Assembly: GCF_028368995.1 (NCBI RefSeq)
Contig: NZ_JAQNDL010000001.1
Span: 4,416,001 to 4,480,000, forward strand
From: Nannocystis bainbridge
GTDB lineage: Bacteria > Myxococcota_A > Polyangia > Nannocystales > Nannocystaceae
Direction of reading: 5' to 3'
DNA length: 64,000 nucleotides
The position numbers and the translations under genes were made by a program. The notes below the pieces were generated by a model that saw only the letters and a program-made list of their open reading frames with translations, did no database searches and was not told the origin of the DNA. Of this stretch, positions 1 through 12,386 are shown piece by piece; position 1 is the first letter of the stretch; every line of letters begins with the position of its first letter.

Positions 1-2884
1 GGGCGACGCGCGGGCGACCTTCGAGGTCCACCTCGTCGACTGCGCGCGCTGCCAGCAGCAGCTCCACGTGTTGATGCAGCTGCAGGTCGCGAGCGGGCCC
101 GAGGCGCCGGCCGCCGCGCCGCCGATCTCGCTGGCCGCGCGCAGACCACGGCGCTGGTGGGCCGCGGCGCCGGTGCTCGCCGCGGCCGCCGCGATCGCCC
201 TGTACCTGCGCGGGCCGGGCGGCGGGCCCGAGCTCGTGGATGTCCCCAAGGGCATGTCCGAAGGGTCAGCTTCACTCACGCTGACGCCGACGCGCGGCGT
301 CGAGGCCCGGCTCAGCTTCGGCCCGGCCGACGTCCACCGCGACTACGCCGTCACCCGCGCCGCCGGGCCGATCCAGGGTGAACCGATCCCGCTGAGCGAG
401 CTCTCGCGGCTCGAGCAGATCGGCGAGCTGCGCGGGCTCGCGGCCGCCCACGCGCTACGCGGCGAGCTCGCGCAAGCCCAGGCGGTGCTGCTGCGGCTCG
501 AGCCCTCGCCCGATCGCGACAGCGACCTCGCCGCGCTGGCGTTGATGCAGGCCCAGCCCGAGCCCGCGCTCGCGCTCGCCGACGCCGCGCTGGCGGTCGC
601 GCCGGAGCACTTGCAGGCGCGCTGGAACCGGGCCCTCGCGCTGCGCGACCTCGGCCTCTCGCGCGCCGCCGCGGACGCGCTCGAGCAGCTCGCGGCCGCC
701 GACACGCCGGCGTGGGGCGCCGAGGCACGGGCCCACGCCGCGGCGCTGCGGCGCGAGCCGGCCGCGCGCGAGCGGCTGTTCGCCGAGGTACAGGCGGCCG
801 GAGCGGCGTTGATCGATCACGGCGATCCGGTCCCCGAGGCCGCGATCCTCGGCGCGCCGTCGCTGGTGCGCCTCTACTTCTATGACGCCGTGCGCACCGC
901 CCCGACGCGCGCGCGCCTCGAGTCGTTGCTGCCGCTGGCCGAGCGGCTCGATCGGCTGGCCGGCGGGAATGTCCTTCAGGACATGCTGCAAAAGACAGCC
1001 AGGTCCGAGTTCGCCCGCCGCGGTCCGCTGGCCGAGCGCTACGCCGGGCTCGCGCTCGGTCGCGGCGGCGACGGGCCGGCGCTGGTCGCCGCGGCGCGAG
1101 CGGCCGGGCAACTCGACATCGCTCTCGGGGCGATGGTCCATGCCGGGCAAGCGCGCGCCGATCTGTCCGGCTTCACCAAGCTGGCCGAAAGTACAGGTGA
1201 CCCATGGCTGCGCATGCTGGCCGCGCAGGAGCGGGCCGGCGCGCAGCTCGACGCCGGTGATTACGCGCCCGCCGAGGCGACGCTGACCTCCGCGCAGGCG
1301 CTGTGCGGCCCCGGCCTTGGCTATCGCTGCGCGCGGCTCGAGCTGGCCCACGCCGAGCTGCTGGCGCTGATGCACCGCCTGCCCGAGGCCGCCGCTCCGC
1401 TCGAGGCCGCCGCGCGGCGGGTGACGCAGGACCAGCACTGGGGCGCCGAGACGACCTCCTTGCAGCTGCGGGCCGAGGTCGCTCGCCTGCGCGGCGCCTT
1501 CGGCCTCGCGCGGGCGATCACCGGCGAGACCCTGCTGCGCCTGCCCGAGGCCGAGGTGGCGCGCTGCCGGGCCGAGCGTCACGCGCGGGACGTGCTCGCC
1601 GGTCTTGCGATCGTCGCGCTCGACGTCGCCGGGGCGCGACGCGAGCTGCAGGCCGCGCCGGATTGCCAGCAGCCGCCGTCGCTGGCGCGGCTGTTCGTCC
1701 AGGCCGACCTGACGCGCATGAGCGGCGATGCGCGCGACGTCGAGGCCGTGCTCGTCGGTTTGCAGGCGGTGCGGGCGGGCGGCCTGATGCCCGGCGAGGC
1801 CGCGCTCGCCGATCATATCGAGGGCCGCGCGCGCATCGGCGGCGAGCCCGAGGCCGGCCGCGCCCTGCTGCGCCAGGCGATCGCCGCCGCGCGCGAGCTG
1901 CCGCGCAGCGACCCGCACGCGCTCAAGGCGGTGTCGTTCAGCTACGCCTCGCTGGTGCTCGACGCGGCCGCGCGGGGCGATCACGGCGCGGCGCTGCAAC
2001 TGCTCGCAGAAGAGGTCGGTGCGCCCGCGCCGACATCCTGCGCGCTCGGCCTCGCCGACGATCACGAGCGCAGCTACAGCGTCGCGCTCGGACCCGCCGG
2101 CCCGGCGATCGGCGCTCTCGTCACCCGCGAAGCCCCGGCCCTCGCCGACGAGGCGCGGGTGCCCGAGGCTGCGATCGCGGCGCTGCGGGCCTGCCCCGAG
2201 GTCGCGGTGTTCGCCCGCCCGCCGCTGGCCGGTCGCCCCGGCTTGCTGCCGCCCGAGATCGCCTGGTCGTACCGCGTCGGTCACCAGACTGTTAAGACAT
2301 TGCCAAAAAAGCATGTCCCATCGGACATGCGACTGGTCGTCGCCGACGCGGTCGCGCCGACCTCGCTCGGCCTGCCGCGCCTGTCCCCGTGGACAGGTGA
2401 GATCGACGCCGGCACGCGGGCGCTGACCGGCCCCGCGGCGACGCCGACGCGGGTGCTGCAGGCGCTGCCCGAGGCCGGTGAGATCGAGTTTCACGTCCAC
2501 GGTCTCGTCGACCTCGGAGTGTCGGACGCCTCCTTCCTGGCCCTGACGCCCGAGGCCGACGGCCGCCACGCATTGACGGCCGGGCAGATCCGCGGCGTCG
2601 CCCTGCCGGCGCGGCCGGTCGTGATCCTCGGGGCCTGCCACGCCGGTCAGGTCGCGCCGTACTTGCACGAGGCGTGGAGCTTGCCGAGCGCGTTCCTCGA
2701 GGCCGGCGCGCGGGTCGTCATCGCCTCGCCGGCCCCCGTCGACGACCGCGAGGCCGGCCCGTTCTTCGCCGCCGTGCGAGCGCGGATCCGCGGCGGCGCC
2801 TCGCCGGCGGTCGCCGTCCGCGACGAACGGGTCCAGCGCGGCAGCGCGGCCGACTGGGCCGCCCACGTGCTCGTCTTCGAGTAG
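1..2884 (+). CDS. zf-HC2 (ZAS anti-sigma) + TM + TPR-like + C-terminal CHAT (caspase-like) protease; 5' end outside window
   Basis: Frame is open from nt 2 and reads GDARATFEVHLVDCARC (HxxxCxxC), followed by a hydrophobic helix WWAAAPVLAAAAAIALYL, TPR-like ARWNRALALRDLGL, and CHAT catalytic motifs FHVHG and VILGACHAG, then LPSAFLEAGARVVIAS and terminal WAAHVLVF. Confidence 0.85.
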   Translation, partial: GDARATFEVHLVDCARCQQQLHVLMQLQVASGPEAPAAAPPISLAARRPRRWWAAAPVLAAAAAIALYLRGPGGGPELVDVPKGMSEGSASLTLTPTRGVEARLSFGPADVHRDYAVTRAAGPIQGEPIPLSELSRLEQIGELRGLAAAHALRGELAQAQAVLLRLEPSPDRDSDLAALALMQAQPEPALALADAALAVAPEHLQARWNRALALRDLGLSRAAADALEQLAAADTPAWGAEARAHAAALRREPAARERLFAEVQAAGAALIDHGDPVPEAAILGAPSLVRLYFYDAVRTAPTRARLESLLPLAERLDRLAGGNVLQDMLQKTARSEFARRGPLAERYAGLALGRGGDGPALVAAARAAGQLDIALGAMVHAGQARADLSGFTKLAESTGDPWLRMLAAQERAGAQLDAGDYAPAEATLTSAQALCGPGLGYRCARLELAHAELLALMHRLPEAAAPLEAAARRVTQDQHWGAETTSLQLRAEVARLRGAFGLARAITGETLLRLPEAEVARCRAERHARDVLAGLAIVALDVAGARRELQAAPDCQQPPSLARLFVQADLTRMSGDARDVEAVLVGLQAVRAGGLMPGEAALADHIEGRARIGGEPEAGRALLRQAIAAARELPRSDPHALKAVSFSYASLVLDAAARGDHGAALQLLAEEVGAPAPTSCALGLADDHERSYSVALGPAGPAIGALVTREAPALADEARVPEAAIAALRACPEVAVFARPPLAGRPGLLPPEIAWSYRVGHQTVKTLPKKHVPSDMRLVVADAVAPTSLGLPRLSPWTGEIDAGTRALTGPAATPTRVLQALPEAGEIEFHVHGLVDLGVSDASFLALTPEADGRHALTAGQIRGVALPARPVVILGACHAGQVAPYLHEAWSLPSAFLEAGARVVIASPAPVDDREAGPFFAAVRARIRGGASPAVAVRDERVQRGSAADWAAHVLVFE

Positions 2885-2937
2885 ACGGCCGGCCCGCTGC
2901 GATCCTCCTCCCGCGGAGCGGTGGTACCGTCGCCTCC

Positions 2938-3855
2938 ATGTTCGACCCAGCCGCGTGGCTGCAAGCGACCCGACCGCTGGCCCAGGTCAACCTCGTCGTC
3001 CCGCTGTGGCTCGGGCAGGCGCTGGCCTTCGCGTACGCCGGCGCGTTCTCGCTGCCGACCCTGTACGCCCTGCACATGTTCGCCGCGCTGCTGCTGCTGG
3101 TGATCGTCTTCAGCAACGACTACGCCGACCGCGACAGCGACGCCGCCAACCGCACCTACAACGAGTTCTCCGGCGGCTCGCGGGTGCTGCCCGACGGCCG
3201 TCTGCGCCCCGGCGAGCTGCGCGACGCCGCCTGGCTGGCGCTCGTCGGCCTGTCCGGACTCTCGCTCTACCTGGCCTTGTGGACAGCTCGTCCGTGGACC
3301 CCGGCGTTCGTGGCCGTCGCCGCGCTGCTGGTGTGGGCCTACAACTTCGCCCCGCTGCGCCTCTCGTACCGCGGCGGCGGCGAGGTCGTGCAGGGCCTCG
3401 GCACCGGGGTGGTGCTGCCGCTGCTCGGCTTCTACGTCCAGGCCGGCTCGCTCGCGGCGTTCCCGTGGCTCGCGCTGGCCCCGCTGTTCCTGATCGGCGT
3501 GGTCGGCAACATCCTCACCTCGCTGCCGGATGTCCCTTCGGACAGGGCCACCGACAAGCGCAGCTACGCGGTCCGCCGCGGGCAGTGGGCCGCGCGCCGT
3601 CACAGCCTCGAACTGTTGGTGATGGCCGCGCTGATGGGCGGCCTGGTCGTGCCCGGCCTCGGGATCGTCGGCGTGGCCCTGCTGGCCGCCCCCGCGCTGG
3701 CGCTGGTGGCCGCCGCCGTGCCCCTGCTCGGCAGCGCCGACGCCGAGCAGCGCGACGAGTGCCGCCGCTTCATCCTCCTCACCGCCGGCGCCGGTCACCT
3801 GCAGTGCGTGCTGTGGAGCCTCGCGCTCGTGGTGGTCGGCCTGCTGCGGGCATGA
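2938..3855 (+). CDS. UbiA/MenA-family prenyltransferase
   Basis: NDYADRDSD Asp-rich motif, FSGGSRVL, YNFAPLRLSYRGGGE, DVPSDRATDKRS; polytopic membrane protein. ATG at 2938 follows a TACCGT -10-like hexamer. Confidence 0.85.
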   Translation: MFDPAAWLQATRPLAQVNLVVPLWLGQALAFAYAGAFSLPTLYALHMFAALLLLVIVFSNDYADRDSDAANRTYNEFSGGSRVLPDGRLRPGELRDAAWLALVGLSGLSLYLALWTARPWTPAFVAVAALLVWAYNFAPLRLSYRGGGEVVQGLGTGVVLPLLGFYVQAGSLAAFPWLALAPLFLIGVVGNILTSLPDVPSDRATDKRSYAVRRGQWAARRHSLELLVMAALMGGLVVPGLGIVGVALLAAPALALVAAAVPLLGSADAEQRDECRRFILLTAGAGHLQCVLWSLALVVVGLLRA

Positions 3856-3880
3856 ACCTCGACGCGCGCGCCTTCGTTCA

Positions 3881-3960
3881 TGATATGTCTGAACAGACAT
3901 GTCCCATGGGGAATGCCGTAAAGGACATGTCGTAAAGACAATGTCCCCGAGGACATAAAC
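3881..3960. repeat. Array of six phased 14-bp palindromic units (TGTCC-N4-GGACA family)
   Basis: Junction 10-mers start at 3881 (tgatatgtct), 3895 (agacatgtcc), 3909 (gggaatgccg), 3923 (ggacatgtcg), 3937 (gacaatgtcc) and 3951 (ggacataaac). Confidence 0.85.
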
Positions 3961-4098
3961 GAAGACCGCAGCCGCGGTCGGCAGATCTGCGGCGCTCCGA
4001 CGCCCGTGCCGCGGGCCAGCAGCAGCCTCAGCGCTCGCAGCGGAGGACCGGGTCGCCCGGTGTCCGTGGATCACGCCCCGGTGACGCGTCCTCGCGCC

Positions 4099-7272
<3,174 letters not shown>

Positions 7273-7315
7273 CTTGGCAAACTCTCGCGCACGTGGGAGG
7301 GCGCGCAGGCGCGCG

Positions 7316-7741
7316 TCAGCGCAGCAGGCCGCCGATCCGGCGACTGAGGCGCGCGCGCTCGAAGTCGGCGCGCAGCGACGAGATCCCGAGCGCGTAGATC
7401 GCCCAGAACACCAGGCCGACGCCGAAGCCCGCCAGCGTCGAGCCGAGGATCGGCGCCTCGGCCTGCATCTGTCGCAGCTCGCCCGCGGCCTTCTGCCAAT
7501 TCACGGCGATGAACGCCAGCAGCACCGTCAGCGCCAGCGCCTTGAGCGCGGACAGGCCCGACAGGCGCGGGCGCGGGCCGAGGCCGCCGCGGTCGCCCTC
7601 GAGCAGTTGCATGAGCAAGCCGAGCCATGACGAAAGCATCGGCAGCACCAGCGCGCCCGCGATCCCGCCCAGCCCGGTCACGGCCAGGCGCAGGCGTTCG
7701 GTCGACATCGGGATCTCGGCCGCGAGCTCGGACGGCGCCAC
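7316..7741 (-). CDS. Small hypothetical membrane protein
   Basis: 141-aa ORF with three hydrophobic segments; TACGCT hexamer 6 nt upstream of the GTG. Confidence 0.6.
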   Translation of the reverse strand: MAPSELAAEIPMSTERLRLAVTGLGGIAGALVLPMLSSWLGLLMQLLEGDRGGLGPRPRLSGLSALKALALTVLLAFIAVNWQKAAGELRQMQAEAPILGSTLAGFGVGLVFWAIYALGISSLRADFERARLSRRIGGLLR

Positions 7742-7805
7742 GGCGTGAGCGTACCGCAGAACGTGCGCGTGCGCGCCTGCCGGGGACGCGGCTTACACTC
7801 GCCGC

Positions 7806-8750
7806 GTGGGGTCCGCGACCAAGTTTCACAGCGAGTTCCAGCGCCGCGCGCACGACGCCGTCACCGAGGTCCAGTCGACCATCTGCGCCGCCGTCGAGGC
7901 CTTCGAGCGTGAGTTCGGCGGCAGCGGGGCGTTCGTCAGCGACGCCTGGGACCGGGCCGGCGGCGGTGGCGGCCTCACGCGGGTGATCCGCGGCGACGTC
8001 ATCGAGAAGGGCGGCGTCAACACCTCGGCCGTGTTCGGCGAGCTCAACCCGCAGTTCGCCAGCCAGCTCGCCGGCACCGGCGCCAACTTCTTCGCCGCCG
8101 GCGTCTCGCTGGTGCTGCACCCGAAGAACCCGTTCGTGCCGACCGTGCACGCCAACTTCCGCTACATCGAGCAGGGCGAGCGGCGGTGGTTCGGCGGCGG
8201 CGCCGACCTGACCCCGTACTACTACTTCCCCGAGGACAAGGCGCACTTCCACGACGTCTGGCGCCGCTTCTGCGAGGCGCACCCGGGCATCGGCGACTAC
8301 CCGCGCTTTCGCGACTGGTGCGATCGTTACTTCTATTTGAAGCACCGCGGCGAGTCGCGCGGCGTCGGCGGGATCTTCTTCGACCACCTGTTCGTCGAGC
8401 CCACGCGCCCCGGCCACGACGACGACCTGCTCCGCTTCATCCGCGACGGCGGCATGCGCTTCCTCGACGCCTGGCTGCCGATCGCGCGCCGACACGCGGC
8501 CACGCCGTACGGCCCGGACGAGCGCCGCTGGCAGGAGCTCCGCCGCGGCCGCTACGTCGAGTTCAACCTCCTCTACGACCGCGGCACCGTGTTCGGCCTC
8601 AAGACCGGCGGCCGCACCGAGTCGATCCTCATGTCGCTGCCGCCGCACGTGCAGTGGGGCTACGCCGAGGAGCCCGCGCCCGGCACGCCCGAAGCCGCCC
8701 TGCTCGCCGAGCTGCGCAAGCCGGACCCGGGCGACGAGCCGAACCCCTGA
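7806..8750 (+). CDS. hemF: Oxygen-dependent coproporphyrinogen III oxidase
   Basis: EKGGVNTSAV, GVSLVLHPKNPFVPTVHANFRY, WFGGGADLTP, RGVGGIFFD, RRGRYVEFNLLYDRGTVFGL, ESILMSLPP. Confidence 0.97.
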   Translation: MGSATKFHSEFQRRAHDAVTEVQSTICAAVEAFEREFGGSGAFVSDAWDRAGGGGGLTRVIRGDVIEKGGVNTSAVFGELNPQFASQLAGTGANFFAAGVSLVLHPKNPFVPTVHANFRYIEQGERRWFGGGADLTPYYYFPEDKAHFHDVWRRFCEAHPGIGDYPRFRDWCDRYFYLKHRGESRGVGGIFFDHLFVEPTRPGHDDDLLRFIRDGGMRFLDAWLPIARRHAATPYGPDERRWQELRRGRYVEFNLLYDRGTVFGLKTGGRTESILMSLPPHVQWGYAEEPAPGTPEAALLAELRKPDPGDEPNP

Positions 8751-8987
8751 GTCGCGCAGCGACGCAGCCGCGATCGTCTGCACCACGCAGTGCGCGTGGA
8801 TCTCCAGATGCGTCGCGCCGATGCGTCGCGCCGCGCAGAGCGCAGGTGATTCTCACGGGCGCAGACGGCGACCCAGCGCCGATGCGCCGCTGATTTCGCG
8901 GTTTGACGAGCCGATGCGCGCGCTTTGGCGCTGGTCATACGAGTGGATCCACCTGCTCCATTCACGAGAGTTTGCCCTGAGCCAACC

Positions 8988-11309
8988 ATGGCGCGACAAT
9001 CCGCCGCCCCGGTGGTCTCCCCCCTCCGTTCGTCGTGGCTGGTCGTCGCTGCCCTCGTGGTGCTGGCGCGTCCGGTCGCGGCCGCACCAGCGCCTGTCCT
9101 TCGGACCATGCCCGAAGGGACAGGTCCGAAGGGACCTGTCCCGGAGGGTCCTGCGCCGCCTGCTGCCGCGCCGACTCGCCTGACGCGAGCGGCCGCCGAG
9201 CAGGCGCGCACCGTCGGGCGCACCACCGTCCGCGACACGCGGGCGCAGGACAGCCACGACACGCGGGCTGCCAGCGTCGTCACCCGACGCGACCTCGAGG
9301 AGCGGCTGCCGCGGTCGGCCCCTGACGCCCTGCGCTTCGAGCCCGGCGTCTACGTCCAGCAGACCGCGCACGGCCAGGGCTCGCCGTACGTGCGCGGCCT
9401 GACCGGCCAGCAGACGGTCATGATGTTCGACGGCATCCGCCTCAACAACAGCACCTTCCGCTACGGCCCCAACCAGTACTTCTTCACCATCGACTCGCGC
9501 ACCCTGCAGCGGCTCGAGGTCCTGCGCGGCGCCGCCTCCACCCGCTACGGCTCCGACGCGATGGGCGGCGCCCTCCTGGCCACGCCGATCGATCCGTCGC
9601 TCGAGCTCGGCAATCGCCGCGGCTGGTACGGCCACTCCAAGGCGATGTTGCGCAGCGGCACCGCCGACGGCGAGATGGGCGGGCGGGCCCAGCTCGACGT
9701 CGGCTGGAAGGGCAAGGTCGGCCTGTTCGGCGGCGTCGGTTACCGCGACGTCGGCCTGCTGCGATCGGGCGGCAAGGTGCTGTCGCCGGCCACTGGCCAG
9801 CCCGTCAAGTCGCCGCTGTTCGCCGCCGACGGCGTCACCCAGCGCGGCACCGGCTTCCGCGAGTTCACCGCCGACGCGCGCCTCGTCTATCGCGTGAATG
9901 ACAAGCACCGCCTCACGCTCGGCTACTACGATTATCGCCAATTCGACGCCCCGCGCACCGATCGCTGCCCGCCCGTGACCGCGCCGCAGAGCGAGTGCCT
10001 GTGGTACGACGAACAGTTCCGCACCCTCGTCTACGGCGCCTGGGACGTGAGCGACGGCCCGGCCGCGGCCGAGACGGTGCGCTGGACCCTCAGCTATCAG
10101 CACCAGCACGAGCGGCGCCGGTTCGACCGCGGCGCCGAGTCGACCTACCGCATCATCGGCCGCGACGAGGTCTACTCGCTCGGCACCGGCCTCAACATCG
10201 CCACCAAGCGGTTCGAGCTGGCCCGGGGCGTCGACTTCAAGGTCCACTACGGCCTCGACGCCTACTTCGACACCCTGCGCAGCCACGCCTGGAACACCTT
10301 CCTCGACGTCGGCATCACCACCCCGTCGACCTCGCAGTACGCCAGCGGCAGCCGCTACCTGACCTCCGGCTTGTGGACCGAGGCCACGCTCGGCCTGTTC
10401 GACCGCGTCGAGCTGCGCGCCGGCGGTCGCGGCTCGCTCGTGGTCGCCAACGCCCCCGGCAACCTCGACCCGAGGGTCGGCCGGCGGCCGATCGATCAGA
10501 CCTGGGGCGGCGGCGTCGGCGGCGGCGGGATCGCCGTGCGGCTCGTCGACGGCCTGCGCTGGATCACCAACCTCGACCAAGGCTTCCGCGCGCCCAACCT
10601 CGACGACCTCACCAGCCGTCAGGCCACCGGCGCCGGCCAGCAGTACGAGAACCCCAACCTGCGGCCGGAGCGGGCCCTGTCCTTGGAGACAGGTTTTCGC
10701 GTCGAGCGCCCGCGGGTGCAGCTGCAATTGTTCGCGTTCCAGTCGTGGATCGATCGCCTGATCACGCGGGTCCGGTTCGACCGCGACCAGTGCCCGCCCG
10801 ACGACAACCTCTGCGGCGCCGCGGTCTACAACGTCACCCTCGCCAACATCGCCGGCACCAGCCACATCCGCGGGCTCGACGGCGCCGTGCGGCTGCTGTT
10901 GCCGAAGGGCTTCGGCATGCGCGCGACCGCGGCCTACACCTGGGGCGACGGCCCCAACCCCGTCTCTGGCCTCGAGCCCGCGCGCGTGCCCCTGTCGCGG
11001 ATCCCCCCGCTCAACGGTACCGTCGAGATCAGCTGGCGCCACCGCCACGGCATGTTCGCCAGCTCCGCCCTGCGCTGGGCCCGGCCGCAGACGCGGCTCA
11101 CCGAGACCGACAAGAACGACCAGCGGATCCCTCAAGGAGGCTCCCCCGGGTTCGCGGTGCTCGATCTACGCGCCGGCTACCGTCTGCAGCAGCACGCCCT
11201 CGTCGTGCTCGTGCTCGAGAACGTCACCAACGCCGCCTACCGCTACCACGGCTCCAGCATCAACGGCCCTGGTCGCGGGCTCAACGTGCTCGTCGAGGTC
11301 GGCTTCTAA
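8988..11309 (+). CDS. TonB-dependent outer-membrane receptor
   Basis: Plug motifs PGVYVQQTAHGQGSPYVRGL and RLEVLRGAASTRYGSDAMGG; GFRAPNLDDL, NPNLRPE; C-terminal Phe (VEVGF). Start codon uncertain. Confidence 0.92.
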   Translation: MARQSAAPVVSPLRSSWLVVAALVVLARPVAAAPAPVLRTMPEGTGPKGPVPEGPAPPAAAPTRLTRAAAEQARTVGRTTVRDTRAQDSHDTRAASVVTRRDLEERLPRSAPDALRFEPGVYVQQTAHGQGSPYVRGLTGQQTVMMFDGIRLNNSTFRYGPNQYFFTIDSRTLQRLEVLRGAASTRYGSDAMGGALLATPIDPSLELGNRRGWYGHSKAMLRSGTADGEMGGRAQLDVGWKGKVGLFGGVGYRDVGLLRSGGKVLSPATGQPVKSPLFAADGVTQRGTGFREFTADARLVYRVNDKHRLTLGYYDYRQFDAPRTDRCPPVTAPQSECLWYDEQFRTLVYGAWDVSDGPAAAETVRWTLSYQHQHERRRFDRGAESTYRIIGRDEVYSLGTGLNIATKRFELARGVDFKVHYGLDAYFDTLRSHAWNTFLDVGITTPSTSQYASGSRYLTSGLWTEATLGLFDRVELRAGGRGSLVVANAPGNLDPRVGRRPIDQTWGGGVGGGGIAVRLVDGLRWITNLDQGFRAPNLDDLTSRQATGAGQQYENPNLRPERALSLETGFRVERPRVQLQLFAFQSWIDRLITRVRFDRDQCPPDDNLCGAAVYNVTLANIAGTSHIRGLDGAVRLLLPKGFGMRATAAYTWGDGPNPVSGLEPARVPLSRIPPLNGTVEISWRHRHGMFASSALRWARPQTRLTETDKNDQRIPQGGSPGFAVLDLRAGYRLQQHALVVLVLENVTNAAYRYHGSSINGPGRGLNVLVEVGF

Positions 11310-12281
11310 ATGGAGTACACCCACGCCATGGCCGAGCCAGCCGCCGACTCGCGCGCCTCCGCGTCGCTCGTGGCCCTGTGGGTCGCGGTGCTGCTCGGGG
11401 TGGCCGGGGTCGCGATCCTCGCCGCCGGCTTCGTCGCCCCGCTGCTGGCCGGCTCGGACGAGCCCTTCCTCGAGGGACATGTCCCGAAGAACTCGCAGCT
11501 GTATCAGCGCTCGACCCCGCGGCCGCACGGCGTGCTGCACCTGGCCGGCTCGGGCAGCAACATCCCGCTGACGCGCGCCCTCGCCGACGCCTTCGTGGTG
11601 CGCGGCCACGACGCCCACATCGTCGTGTTCGAGAGCATCGGCTCGACGGGCGGGGTGATGGCCGTCTACGACGACGTCGTCGACCTCGGGCTCATCTCGC
11701 GCCCGCTGAGCGACCGCGAGCTGCACATCGGCGTCGACGCGATCCCCTACGCCCGCGTCCCCGTGGTCGTCGCCGTCAACCTGTCCGTCCCCGACACCGC
11801 GATCTCCACCACCGAGCTCGCCGACATCTTCGCCGGTCGCAAGACCCGCTGGTCCGACGGCGCGCCGATCACCGTGCTGCAGCGCGAGCGCGGCGACTCC
11901 GGCCACGCCGCCGTCGCCGCCGCCCTGCCGGCCTTCGCCGCCGCCGACGAGGCCGCCTACCGCGAGCACCGCTGGCGCGTCATCGTCCACGACCGCGCGA
12001 TGCAGGAGGCGCTTGCGATCACCCCCGGCGCGATCGGCCTGCTCGACGTCGGCGTCATCAGCCTCCAGCGCCTGCCCCTCCGCGCGCTCGAGCTCGACGG
12101 CTACGCCCCCAGCGAGGCCAGCGTGCAATCGGGCCGCTACCCCTTCTCAAAGGACCTCGCCTTCGCCGGCCTCGAGGCCCCGACCGGCCTGGCCGCCGAG
12201 TTCATCCGCTTCGCCCGCTCCGAAGAGGGCATCGCCCTGATGAAGGCCCACGGCTACATCCCGCTGCCGGAGATCCAATGA
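11310..12281 (+). CDS. Membrane-anchored PstS-like (type 2 periplasmic binding) protein
   Basis: LAGSGSN, SIGSTGG, DLGLISRPL, IFAGRKTRW, RERGDSG, PGAIG, SGRYP; N-terminal TM helix; starts immediately after the receptor stop codon. Confidence 0.8.
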   Translation: MEYTHAMAEPAADSRASASLVALWVAVLLGVAGVAILAAGFVAPLLAGSDEPFLEGHVPKNSQLYQRSTPRPHGVLHLAGSGSNIPLTRALADAFVVRGHDAHIVVFESIGSTGGVMAVYDDVVDLGLISRPLSDRELHIGVDAIPYARVPVVVAVNLSVPDTAISTTELADIFAGRKTRWSDGAPITVLQRERGDSGHAAVAAALPAFAAADEAAYREHRWRVIVHDRAMQEALAITPGAIGLLDVGVISLQRLPLRALELDGYAPSEASVQSGRYPFSKDLAFAGLEAPTGLAAEFIRFARSEEGIALMKAHGYIPLPEIQ

Positions 12282-12301
12282 CCCTCCGCGCAGGTTCGAA
12301 G

Positions 12302-12367
12302 GGACATGTTCTCGTCGCCATGTCCGATGGGGCATGCTCTCACGGACATGTCCTTCGAAGCATGATG
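12302..12367. repeat. Array of five phased 14-bp palindromic units
   Basis: CATG cores at 12305, 12319, 12333, 12347 and 12361. Confidence 0.9.
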
Positions 12368-12386
12368 CACGACCAGCGAGGCGCGC

